Assembly (NCBI RefSeq): GCF_006345805.1
Contig: NC_043007.1
Span: 38,254,001 to 38,318,000 of the forward strand
Reading direction: 5' to 3'
DNA from: Octopus sinensis
Taxonomy: Eukaryota
DNA: 64,000 bases
Part shown: one piece after another, positions 23,546 to 36,029 of the stretch
Numbering within the stretch: the first letter of the stretch is position 1
Layout: every line of letters starts with the position of its first letter
Notes under the pieces: generated by a model
Told to the model about the DNA's origin: nothing
Seen by the model: only the letters and a program-made list of their open reading frames with translations
Database searches by the model: none
Translations under genes and position numbers: made by a program

Positions 23546-24059
23546 TAACTTAAATTTGAACTGAGAATTTGGTTGAATAAAAATTGCTTGGGGTATTGGG
23601 TGAACATTGCAGAAATGGATCTTAAAAGGTTGAGTAGAAACAGACCAATATTCTTTCAGAATGTAAATTAAACATGATTATTAGACCTGCCAAATATAGT
23701 GAAGAAAGTATTCAGCTGGCACTGGTGACAGTTTAATCAACCGTTTGCTCTCACCAAATACGTGGCCTCATACTTATGTTGGAAACTGTCATCCTCATCT
23801 TCCTTTCACGGTTGATAAAATAAGTACCAAACAAGTGCTAAGTTTGATGTAATCAACTAGCCACTCCCCTAAAAATTGCTGGCCTTGTGCCAAAATTTGA
23901 AACAGTAATAGTAATAATTATTAATATTGTTATATAAAGTTAACTTTGCCTTTCATCCTTTGAGGATTGATAACATAAATACCATTTGATTACGGGGGTG
24001 GGTGGGTGATGTAATTTGCTATATATGTTGTTTATTTCTTTTTTTTCTGTCTTTGGCAG

Positions 24060-24236
24060 CATGATGAGACATCTGTTGTTCCATGCAAAGGTGCGGTTTA
24101 CCAGGTGCATGGAAAATCGCTTGATGATTTTGTGCGACCAATACTCAACTCTTGTTGATTTGCTAAAGGTACTACTTGCCTCCAACTACCCTGACCTTCC
24201 ATCCATACAGGAACTCACGAAGAGTGAATCAGTGAC
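24060..24236 (+). CDS. ZFYVE26: ZFYVE26 exon w12 (MMRHLLFHAK...VDLLKVLLASNY)
   Basis: ggcag / ac|gtaagt, phase 2-2. Confidence 0.93.
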
Positions 24237-25415
24237 GTAAGTTTGTGTTTGCTGCATGCTTTTCTACAATGGGTTGGTCGTGAAAGGCTTCGCCAAAATG
24301 GGATCTGTATAGGTATTGACCATACTTGAAGTAACCGATGAGATGCACCTCCACACTTGATGCAGGTCTCTGCTATTTAGACATCTGTTACTTTCTTGTA
24401 GACAGGAACTGTGGAGAAGCCTATTGGATAGATTGTACTTGTAATTTAACCCTTTTGATTCCAACCTTTCTGAGATTGCCCCAGATTCTGTGATACAAAC
24501 TTATTGTTTTTAAAGTATATTAAATTAAAACCATCCCTTCAAAATTTCATGTTAAATTATTTTCCAAGCACCAGCTTAATAAACGACAAAGTTATTTTAA
24601 TATATTCTTTATTGTTTTCAAAATTAATTGAAACAAAGATTGTATGTCTCAACAGAAATATGGTAGCAAAAGTATTAAATGCTCAGCCTTGTCACTGATT
24701 TTATCTGAGAATTACATTAAGAGTACATCTGTCTGTGGAATACCCAGCCACTTACAAATTTTATGCGCAGACAGTTCAGTTGATCAAAGAACTGAATCAT
24801 CATCAATGAAACAGATGGAGATCCATTTATATACTTTCTTATAAATCTGAAGTGAAAATAACATTGTTGACCCTTAAGTCATGGGTTCTAAATGCATTGC
24901 AGATGTTTCATTGTATTTCCAGGCTGATCACTTTATTCTACCTTGACTCAGTTCAATTAGATGTCTTATTTAGACAGATACTAGGTCTTTGAATGAAAGT
25001 TCTTCATAAAAGACTGGTGTTTTATCCTGGAAGAAATGTCTCTCATACATTTAGTGTTACTGAAAACCAGAAAGGATCGCTAACTCTTTTCATTAATAGA
25101 GCTAGTGGTAATTTATTTTTTAATCCTTGCAATTAAAATATAAATGAATTACTTCACTCTTCTAATTATATGACATATCAGGATTAAATGTTTGTGCCCA
25201 GTAAGATACAAGTTACTACGCTAATCACATAGAGAAAGAGAGAAAGAAGGTAGATGTAGTGTGTTAAAGGTCAATATCTATAGCATACTAGGAACAAGTA
25301 AATTTACTGAATACTCCATCAACAGCTAAAAATATTGGCCTTGGGCCTAAAACCAATCTGTTTATTGTCAATGTATTATTCTCATATGATTTTTATTGAA
25401 CATATTGTGTTTCAG

Positions 25416-25581
25416 ACGCTTGCGAGATAAACTTATTGAAGTAGAACGCTTGCCGCTTGCTATGGAAGTTTCCACAAAATGTGGTCTTGATGCCACAGGT
25501 GTGTGGGCTGCATGGGGACGAGCTTGCCTTCGCTTCCGCAATTATCCTTTGGCACGAGAAAAATTTGCTCGCTGTTTAAAG
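25416..25581 (+). CDS. ZFYVE26: ZFYVE26 exon w13 (RLRDKL...EVSTKCGLD...AREKFARCLK)
   Basis: tttcag / aag|gtaact, conserved motif. Confidence 0.96.
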
Positions 25582-26652
25582 GTAACTCATTCTCTTCTCA
25601 TTTTTAGGGTTCTTTTTTTTTTTCCTCTTCATGTTAATTTTTTTTGTTTTGTTTTTATACACTAAATGTTGATTTTGTAAAGAATTGTCTGGTACTTTGT
25701 CAGTCTTAAAAAGGACAAAAGACAAAATGAGAAAGGATAAGGAAGAGGCACTGATATACCTCAAAACATTTTTGATCAGTGTACTATTTCTGTCACTTCG
25801 GGCCAGTATATGCATATATCATCATCATCATCATCATTTAATGTCCATCGCCCATGCTGTCGTGGGTTGGATAGTTTGTGAAGATCCAACAGGTCCGAGG
25901 ACTGCATAATGCTCCAAATATCTGTTTTGGCATGGCTTCTGCAGCTGGATGCCCTGCCTGGTACCAACCACTTTACAGAGTGTTCTGAGTGCTTTCTTTC
26001 ATAGAGCTCACCATGCAGCTTGAAAGTCTAGTATCTCCTTTGACTGAATGGGACTACTGTAGAAAAGAGAGGCTGGTGGCTTTATGCTATTGGATGAGGG
26101 GGTTAAAGTGTGGGAGAAGAGGCCAGAAGAGAACAGGTTTTTTACTGTGGGGTAACTAAATGGCTATTCACATTATAGAAGAATGGGTGGGTGTAACCGA
26201 GGTGAAGCTGGAAAGAGATAAAATAGTCAGGGTGGACCTTCTAGATACAAGAAGGTGGATAGAAGTGAGTAGAGATAGAAGAACAGGGAGTGTGGGTGAG
26301 CAGAGGTTGCAAGAGTGTATGAGGAGAGTGAGGGATGGTTAGAGATGGGGAATGGGTGAGGAGGTTGAATATAATGAATGAAAGAGGTTTTACACATTTT
26401 CTGACTGTCAAAGTCCACTTAGAAGATTTTAAGTCAACCTGAGTGTATTGTAGACAAAAAACTTGCCTAAGGTTCTGCAGTTGGATCTAGAACTACTTCG
26501 TTGTGAAATGAGCTTCTTAACCATAGATATGTTCTTTTATTAAATACTTTTATATGTTTCATTGCAGTATTTAATGATAGATTATTTGTGTCTTTCTTTT
26601 TTGTATACTTTTAGTGTGTATGTTTAAATCACCTCTTACTTATTTTCAACAG

Positions 26653-26748
26653 CCACCACGAGACCGCAACCTAACCCAACATTCAAATGCATTGCTAATG
26701 GAAGTTGTGGAATGTTTGGAGTCAATGCCTAATAGAGAAAGCACTGAG
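26653..26748 (+). CDS. ZFYVE26: ZFYVE26 exon w14 (PPRDRN...EVVECLESMPNRESTE)
   Basis: tcaacag / gag|gtaaca, 96 nt. Confidence 0.9.
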
Positions 26749-27122
26749 GTAACATATCTATAATTACCTACAATGCATCATTTCATTCATACACAAGCAC
26801 ACACACTGAGCTGTTTGTTCAGCAGATGCTTATTTCTCAAAGATAAATTTGATGGGATTTTTTTTTCTCCCTAGGTTTACTATTTTAACAGATAGGAGCA
26901 TTATAATCTGTAACTTTAGAAAGCAAAGTTGAGCAGCTCAATAGAAATAACTTTTAGGCATATCCTAATCTTGAAAGTGCTCATTATTATAGAATATCAG
27001 AATATTGGAATACGTGAGAATAACAGAATATCTCCTTCACACACATATTTATACATATAGAGTTGAATTGTTATAATTTTAATTAATAGCTTCACAAATA
27101 TTCATCTATTTATTAGATAGAA

Positions 27123-27167
<45 letters not shown>

Positions 27168-28271
27168 TACGACGGGCTTCTTTCAGTTCCCATCTACCAA
27201 ATCCACTGACAAGGCTTTGGTTGGCCTGAGGCTATAATAGAAGACACTTGCCCAAGGTGCCACACAGTGGGATTGAACCCAGAACCATGTGGTTGGGAAG
27301 CAAGCTACTTACCACACAGCCACTCCTACGCCTACATATATATACCTAGAAGCCCATTAGGTTAGAGCTTATCTCTCTAATCTCCCAAGCATTTAAATAA
27401 CCGAAAGTACATGATTACTCTCTGATCAGAACAGCAGTCCATTACAGGGTTAATCCCAATCCCCTTCAGTTATTGCTGGTACTCATTTTCAGCTGAGTGG
27501 ACTGAAGCATTGTGAAATGAAAAGCCTTGCTCAAGGACTCAAGACACTACCCAGTCTGAGCATCAAATCTATGACCTAACTGGCAGTTCATTAGTTGTGA
27601 TCATGAGGGTACCAGTAGATATGATCAAGGTGGTGAGCTGGCAGAAACGTTAGCACGTCGGGCGAGATGCTTAGCGGTATTTCATCTGCCATTACTTGTG
27701 AGTTCAAATTCTGCCGAGGTCAACTTTGCCTTTCATTCTTTCGCGGTCGATAAATTAAGTACCAGTTATGCACTGGGGTCGATGTAATCGACTTAATTCG
27801 TTTGTCTGTCCTTGTTTGGCCCCTTGTGGGTAGTAAAGAAATAGATATGATCAACTGAACAGCCCGCTGGTGAAATTAATGTGCAAGTGGCATCACTCCA
27901 CAGACATGCGTACCCCTTAATGCAGTTCTCAGGGAGATTCAGAATGGCACAGAATGCGACAAGGCCAACCCTTTGAAATTGAGGCACTATTCATTTTTGC
28001 CAGCTGAGTGAACTTAACAATCATGAACTTAGTACTCAATCCACTTAGCAACATGTTTTCAGTCCTCTGAGTAAGCTACAAGAAAAAAATAATTGCTATG
28101 TAACATATTAGTAACTCTGTTGTGTTAGTCGAGTTAATTATGTTACATATAATTAATTGCATAATTAATTACTCTGTACTGTCACTGTCCTACTACTCTA
28201 CCTTGTACTGTTCTTTACTGTATCTCTTATTTCTTTTAATGTTCCGCATATTGATTGCTCTGCTATTCCAG

Positions 28272-28340
28272 GTGTCTGTGAAAGATTTCAGTCTTTCAAA
28301 AAGTGATCAACATGACATAATTAATGAGTCGTTTAGTCGG
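28272..28340 (+). CDS. ZFYVE26: ZFYVE26 exon w15 (VSVKDFSLSKSDQHDIINESFSR)
   Basis: ttccag / cgg|gtaaga, 69 nt phase 0-0; poorly conserved linker. Confidence 0.75.
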
Positions 28341-29254
28341 GTAAGACTTTCTCTCGCATAACGCTGCTGCTGCTGTTGCAACCACCACCACCGCCATCAC
28401 CAGCAACCACCACCACCACACATTTCCACTGCCATCACCATCACCACCACAACCACCACCTTTAAATACACTCAGTATTAAAAAAAAGCAGGAAGAAATA
28501 TTGAATAATTTAGTTCTAGAGGCACTATTTGCAAAGACAAGTTGGAGTGGTCTTGGCTGGAATGGCTTTGATCATAAGATTATAGCTGACCTGGGCTTAC
28601 ACAACTATAACAATTAATATATCCCCACCACCACCACCATGTAATAACCAACAACATCATTCATGTCTACATCTAATTCTAGAATGAGTTGAGGGAGCCC
28701 CTGTCTATCTAGTCACTCAAACTGCTAGAAATAGAAGCCAAATATAAAAATGTCAGTATAGTCACAGCTGCTAAAATCAACAGCCAAACTTTCACCTGAT
28801 CATCCCTACTGTCTTAAAAAAGCATATGAAACAAATGGCACACTGGATAATGTAGTCCTTGATATACTGTATCAAACCAGTAAGGTAGGATATTCATGGC
28901 AGGGATGTTTTCAACCATAGATCTGCTTGATCAGGGCTGTTCTGGGATTAAATAACTACTAAAGCCCTCGTACACACAAACACAGCACATGAACACTTCA
29001 AGACGTCATACACTATATACCCTCCCATCGACACACTGTCATTTGTTTTGTTTTTTTACTACGTCTTATTGCTTTCTTCCTTTGAACAGGTCTATAACAT
29101 CTAACTATAGGGCATTAACAGTCTCCTTGTTTTCTTTCCTCGCTTCCCCCAATTTAGCCTCCCCCTTTAGGCAAATTGTTTTCAATATTATTATTGCTGC
29201 TTTTTAATGTTTTTCATTTTGTTTAATTGTTTTGTTTTTGTTCTTTCTTTACCA

Positions 29255-29323
29255 TTATGATTATTATTGTTGTTATTATTTTTATCATCATCATCATCAT
29301 CCTCATCATCATCATTATCATCA

Positions 29324-29391
<68 letters not shown>

Positions 29392-29413
29392 GTTATTATT
29401 ATTATTATTATTA

Positions 29414-29468
<55 letters not shown>

Positions 29469-29470
29469 GC
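29255..29470 (+). repeat. Compound (CAT)n/(ATT)n microsatellite
   Basis: Direct reading. Confidence 0.95.
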
Positions 29471-29665
29471 AGCAAGCTAGTAGAATCATTAGCTCATCTT
29501 TATGTTCTGAGTTCAAATTCTGCTACAGTTGACTTTACCTTTCATCTTTTCAAGTTCAATAAAATAAACACCAGTTGAATCTTGAAGTTGCTGTAATCAA
29601 TTGCCCCCACCCCCACCCCTGAACTTGTTAGCCTTGTACCAAAAATTGAAACCATTATTATTATT

Positions 29666-30300
29666 CCTTTTTTGTTGGAACTCCTGAAGTCTTGCATGCA
29701 TAGCAGGCTTGCTACCTGCAGCCTACAGTACCGTGCTATCTGTTCTTTTCAGCTATCTGATTATTCTGGCCATGCCAAGGAGATAAACCTTTTGTAACAG
29801 TTCTACTGGGCACTCTATTCCAATTTCCTTGATATTCCTCTTGATGCCTTCTGATACTGTTCCCAAGGACCCAACAATAATTGGCACTATATTCACCTTC
29901 ATTTTCTATAGCCGGGATATTTCGTACTTAAGAGGGTTGTATCTATCTATTTTCTCACCTTCCTTGTTGACTATTTGTGGGTCGAAGTGGCATGCAACAT
30001 CAACTATATAGCATGTGTGGTGCATCTTGTCGACCACCACTAGGTCTGGTCTGTTATGCTCTAGTATCTGACCTGTTTAGATTGGGAAATCCCAGAAGAT
30101 TTTGCTTGTCTCTGACTCCGCCATTCTCTGTGGTTTGTGCTCATACCACATCTAGCTCCTACTTTTTACACAGTTTCCAATGTAGCTCTTTTGCTACCTG
30201 ATCATGTTGCCACAACTTGTAGTTGTTATGAGCAAGTCTAGGGCATTTGTTTGTGATATGGGCAATGGTTTCATCCACCTTATTACAGATGTGGCACAGC
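29666..30300 (-). mobile_element. 3' fragment of R4/Dong-like non-LTR retrotransposon (restriction-like endonuclease)
   Basis: Minus strand reads ETIAHITNKCPRLA..HDQVA..LHWKLC, WYEHKP, IFWDFPI, HNRPDLVVVDK, IVDVAC, EKIDRY, IVPIIVGSLG with stops; flanked by (ATT)n. Confidence 0.85.
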
Positions 30301-30322
30301 ATTATTATTATTATTATCATTA

Positions 30323-30536
30323 TGAAGGCGGTGAGTTGACAGAATCATTAACACACTGGGTGAAATGCTTAGCAGTATTTTGTTGGCAGCTGCATTCTGA
30401 GTTCAAGTTCCACTGAGATTGACTTTACCTTTCATCCTTTCAGGTTGATAAATTAAGTACCAGTTATGTACTGGGGTCAATGTAATCAACTAGTCCCCTC
30501 CCCCAAATTTGAGACCTTCTGCTTCTAGTAGAAAGG

Positions 30537-30610
<74 letters not shown>

Positions 30611-31473
30611 TCATTATTTATTTTTATTATTATTCACTATAAATATTATTATTAATAATAATAATAATAATATATATATTATTATAATACCAGTTGAGCA
30701 CTGGGGTCAATGTAATTACCTAGCCCCACCACTCCAAATTTCAGGCCTAGTACCTATAATAAAAAGGATTATTATAATTAGTGGGGTATTGGTTTTGCAG
30801 AATCCTTAGTATGTCAGACAAAGTGCTTAGCCACATTTCTTCCAGCTCTTTTAATTCTGATTAATTATTTATTTCGTTATTCAATCATAATATACTATAC
30901 AAAGTTCTTACTCCTTCTTCAGCACCAGACTCAGACAAAATGCTTAGAAGCATTTCTTCTGGGTCTTTACTTTATGAATTCAACAAGGTTATCTTTGCCT
31001 TTCATATTTTTGGTATTGATAAAAGAAGTTTCAGTTGAGCACTAGGGTTGGTGTATTCAACTTACCCCTATCCCCCGAAATTGCTGGCCTTGTGGCAAAA
31101 TTTGAAACCATTATCATTAATAGTAGTAGTATTATTAGAGTGTTGATTTGGCTGGATCATTTGAATATAGAACAAAATTGCTTAGCAGTATTTCTTTCGG
31201 CACTTCCCATTCTGAGTTCAAATTCCACTGAGGTCAACATTGCTTTTCATCCTTTTAGGATTGGTAAAATATGTACCAGTCAAATACTGGGGTCAATGTA
31301 ATCGACTTCTCCCTTCTCCTCAAAAACTACTGGCCCTGTGCCAAAATTTGAAACCATTGCCTTTCATCTTCTTAGGGTCAGTAATAAGTATCAGTGAAAC
31401 ACTGGTGTTGATGAAATCAACTAGTCCCCTCCCCAAAAATTTCAGGCCTTTTGCCTTTAGTAGAAAAGATTAC

Positions 31474-31509
<36 letters not shown>

Positions 31510-31512
31510 TAC
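30323..31512 (+). mobile_element. Second tandem cluster of the same SINE family amid (ATT)n
   Basis: About five full or partial copies in the same orientation. Confidence 0.78.
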
Positions 31513-32439
31513 AGGCATATCCCCCATATTATGAAAGTATTGCAATCGAGAAAATTTTACTGTAATATGGAGCCTTGTAATGCAAATTATAGTTTCCTGT
31601 TTACTTCCTATTATTTCTTTTTTTTTTTTAGCCCCAGGTCAGCTCTGTTATACCGTTCCCACCCCTCTTTTTTTTCTCTGACAAAGTATATATAGAGCTC
31701 CATTATTGAGTGTGTCCTTTTTTTTAAAAAACAAAAGATGATAGCATTTGATCTGAAGGATATTTGGTTACTCTCTCTAGCAGTTTCCATAACCATGCAA
31801 AGGCTTCCATCAAAAGATGGTAGATTGGTGCACAAAATGCCTTGTGATATTTAATTATTTCCTTTTAACATTTCTTAGTTCAAATGCTGCCAATGTTATC
31901 CTTTTATCTTCTATCCTTCTGTGGTTTAGGGGTGCAGATGGAAGTTTCACCAAAAATGTGTCAGTCAAGTATTTGGATATGCATCTTGCAGAACATACAT
32001 AACAGTGTTCATGGATAACAAGGACGATGTGTATGGTTAAACAAGGGAATTTATCCATATACATGGTTGTGTCATTAAGAAGTTCACTTAAAGTGGCGAG
32101 CTGGCAGAAATGTTAGCACACCAGGCGAAATGCTTAGCGGTATTTTGTCTGCTGTTATGTTCTGAGTTCAAATTCCGCCGAGGTCAACTTTGCCTTTCAT
32201 CCTTTCGGGATCAATAAATTAAGTACCGGTTATGCACTGGGGTCAATGTAATCAACTTAATCCTTTTGTCTGTCCCCTCTATGTTTAGCTCCTTGTGGGC
32301 AATAAAGAAATAAGAAGTTCACTTTTCAATCACAAAGGATTTGGGTTCAGTCCCACTGTGAAAATGTCTTCTACTATAGCCCTGTGTTGATTAAAGCCTT
32401 GCAAGTGAAATTGGAAGGCAGAAACTGAAAAGAAGCCTG

Positions 32440-32665
32440 TTGTGTGTGTGTGTGTGTGTCTGTGCACTTGTGTGCATGTGTGTGCAAAAATGTGTGCACT
32501 TGTGTGTTTGTGTGCATATGTGCACAAGCATGTGTACACTTGTGTGTGTGTGTGCACTTGTGTTCTCAAGCATTTATGTGCACTTTTGTGCATGTGTGTG
32601 CACTTTTGTGCATGTGTGCTCGTGTGCATGTGTGCACAAGTATATGTGTGCACTTGTGTGTGTAT
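32440..32665 (+). repeat. TG-rich degenerate minisatellite (tgtgcac units)
   Basis: Direct reading; lies inside a SINE. Confidence 0.85.
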
Positions 32666-34520
32666 TTTCAGTCTATGTTTCTTGACATTGCAAGCTAATT
32701 GTAAACAAACATTACCATCGTACAAGCTGTGCTGTTTGTTTACAATCTGTTTGGAAAATGTGTCCATACTAGGGGAAAATATTATCCTACCTGGGAAAAA
32801 TTGAGGACTGACAACAGAAGAGCATCTGACCATAAAATATCTGCTTCAGTGAAGTGCATCTGATCCCTACAAGCAATGAAAAGAAGTCACTTGCCTGTAC
32901 ACTCCAACTTCTAATCAACAGATGTGTTTCCTCACTCTAGTTTTTCCACCTCTATTACATTAAGCTTTGCTCCTTGGAGCTGGCTGGCATGTTTCATACC
33001 ACTTCTACTCAAGCTTAGTCTTGATTCAGTCATCTCTCCTCTACTTATCCTCCATTCTGTGTCAACTCAATTATCCTGGATTGGTATTTTATTTTTCAAC
33101 TCCAAAATGATGAAAACACAAAGTTGACTTCACTAGGATTTGAACTCAGAGCGCAAAGGGCTGGAACAAATACTGCAAGGTAGTTTACTCAGTGCTTTAA
33201 TGACTCTGCCAAATCACCACATTAAACTGAACTGGCATAAAGCTTCCTCCCTCAATACTACTCCTGCTCCCAGTCAAAGAGTCTTTGCCTTGCAAATTAT
33301 TTGGTGAGCCAGCTGGTGCTGGCTCTGTGTAAAAAGCACCTAATATATTATGTAAAGTGATTGGCATTAGGAAGGGCATCCAGCAATAGAAACCATGCCA
33401 GAACAGGCAATAAATCTTGGTGCAGTCTTCTGACTTGCCATGTCAAACCATCCAACCTATGCCAACATGAAAAATAGATATTAAATGATGATTATAATGA
33501 AAGTACTGAAGTTGATTTAATATTCCTATGACGCATCTCTTTTACTTGTTTCAGTCATGTGACTGTGGCCATGATGGAGCACCACCTTTAGTCGAGCAAA
33601 TTGACCCCAGGACTTATTCTTTGTAAGCCCAGTACTTATTCTATCGGTCTCTTTCGCCGAACTGCTAAGTTACGGGGACGTAAACACACCAGCATCGATT
33701 GTCAAGCGATGTGGGGGGGGGACAAACATATACACACACACACACATATACATATACACGATGGGCTTCTTTCAGTTTCCGTCTATCAAATCCACTCGCA
33801 AGGCTTTGGTCGGGCCCAAGGCTATAGTAGAAGACACTTGGCCAAGGAACCACGCAGTGGGACTGAACCCAGAACCATGTGGTTGGTAAGCAAGCTACTT
33901 ACCACACAGCCACTCCTACGATAGAATTATAATAGATCACGTTCTTGCGGTGTAGGTACCAGATCCTATAATAATATTTAATTGTAGTCTGATGTACCTG
34001 TCCTATCCAGGAAATTTATCTCTCATTTGATTACACTCTATACGAACCAGAACTAATAAAGATCTCAGGAGTGAGCAATCCTTTTCTTTCAGCTTGCATG
34101 TCTATTTCCTTTTCATCCCTACTTACCATTTTGTTTGCTGCAAAAGTAAAGGTTTTTCTTTTATTTTTAGTTTAGTTTTTTTTTTTTCATCAGCTCTAAC
34201 AACTCAGATAGAAGGAATTCTATGTGGTTTCTCAATATGCTCTCCACACCAGCCATAATCTCTTTGTATTCACTTTATACCATCTTAAATAAAGAAGGGC
34301 ACATTTAACAGGATGTTCCCTGCTGAAATGCCTCTGATCATATGGCTCTTTAATCATGGTTAACCTTTGTCTAAACAACAACAACAGGTCTTTTAGGATA
34401 TGGAAAATTTCAAGAAGCACAGATTTCTATATTGTGTTGGTGTTTCAATGCATTAGTTACTGTTATTGTTCTTGTTGTTTAATCCGAGGTCATTGATTAA
34501 GCCATATGTGTATGTATATA

Positions 34521-35697
34521 TTAGGTTGTCAAGAAAGTTCTTGTGGTTCTTAACCTTTAAATTCAGATGGACATATCTCGGCTCAAACAAAACTTTATTA
34601 ATCGAAATAAACACCCTCAGAATCAACACACTTTTGCCAACGCAAAACAAGTTTATTTATGCTAGTAGCATAAAAATCCTGCGTTCTGGTGGTGAGGAAG
34701 TTGTTGAAGGCGTGTTTGGCGTCGGCTTGGTTTTGAAGCATTTCTCACGCAGGAAGTTGTCGAGATGCTTGAAAAAGTGGTAGTCGGTAGGCAAGAGGTC
34801 TGGTGAGTATGGCAGGTGAGGCAGAGTTTCGTAGCCCAATTCGTTCAACTTCTGCAGGGTCAGTTGTGCCACATGCCGCCGAGCGTTTTTGTGGAGAAGA
34901 ATTGGTCCGTTTCTATTGACCAATGCTGGCTGTTGTTATCAAAGTTTCTTATGCATTTCATCCATTTGCTGACAGTACTTCTCTGCCGTAATGGTTTCAC
35001 CTGGATCCAAAAAGCTGTGATGGATGACACTGGCCGCAGACCACCAAACAGTCACCATGACCTTCCTTTGGTGCAACTTTGGCTAGCTGAACATTGCCAG
35101 TTGTCGTAAAGAATCCACTTTTCATCGCAAGTCACAATCCGGTCGAGAAACAGCAAAACAGCATTTTTTTTTGGTTGTTGTTCAATTTGTGCGGCACCCA
35201 TTTCTCAAGTATTTTTGTTTTTCTAATCTCTTTCAAGTGGTTTGAAATTGTTGCATATGTTACGTCTAATTCAGAAGCAAGCTCTCAAACAGTTGTGCAT
35301 GGATTGGCTTCGACTAAGGCTCTTAGTTGAACGTTGTCAACATCCGATGGCTGACCACTACACTTATCATCTTCAAGACTCTCATCACCGCTGTACATTC
35401 ATTAGTGGTTCCTGAGCCAAATGCATCGTTGATATCATGAGCTGTTTCAGCAGCTTTGCGGCCTAGCTTGAACTGGAATAAGAAAATTGTGCAAATTTGC
35501 TTTTTGTCCATGATGTATTCAACGTTCTGGAAAAAAATGGCCTAATTATTCAAAAAGACAAAAGAGTAACACAATTAGATAGAGCGAAAAACAGGCTTTC
35601 AAATGATATATAAAGTCAAAGTAACGATAATTAATTTGAAAATACATCATTTAAAACCAAAATTAAAAATTCCACAAGAACTTTCTTGACAGCCTAC
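34521..35697 (-). mobile_element. mariner (Hsmar1/cecropia-like) element, decayed
   Basis: ~26-bp TIRs (TTAGGTTGTCAAGAAAGTTCTTGTGG, 2 mismatches), TA flanks, MDKKQI.TIFLFQFKLGRKAAETA and PYSPDLLPTDYHFFKHLDNFL. Confidence 0.93.
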
Positions 35698-35822
35698 TAT
35701 ATATAAAATCCAAGCTCTGTCCATGTGAACCATATCTGCATTTTCACATTAATCAAATGAGATATACAGAGCATTTGAAATTTCTGGTGAATTCTATTTG
35801 CAGAGTAATTGCATTATATATA

Positions 35823-36029
35823 CAGGGTGACCCAGAAGTCATGCACCATTCTGGTTTTCATTTAAAATAATTATAGCATTTTATTTTATTATATTTTCTT
35901 CGGCATGTTTTATTGAGGGTGCTCAATTTGAGCATTTGTTACGATTAATTTCAATAAAGGGCTTTTGAAATCAATATGGGTGTATTCTTTTAAAAGACCA
36001 TGGTGGCGCGCAACGTCTGGAAAACCCTG
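35823..36029. mobile_element. Tc1/mariner-type MITE
   Basis: TA|CAGGGT...ACCCTG|TA with imperfect longer TIRs. Confidence 0.65.

Noticed and set aside
29090-29110. Extra ZFYVE26 exon after the ttgaacag acceptor (and another at ~34194)
   Set aside because: Early in-frame stops; w15-w16 already join in phase.
29223-29578. Poly-I/L/Y/N ORFs
   Set aside because: Trinucleotide microsatellite artefacts.
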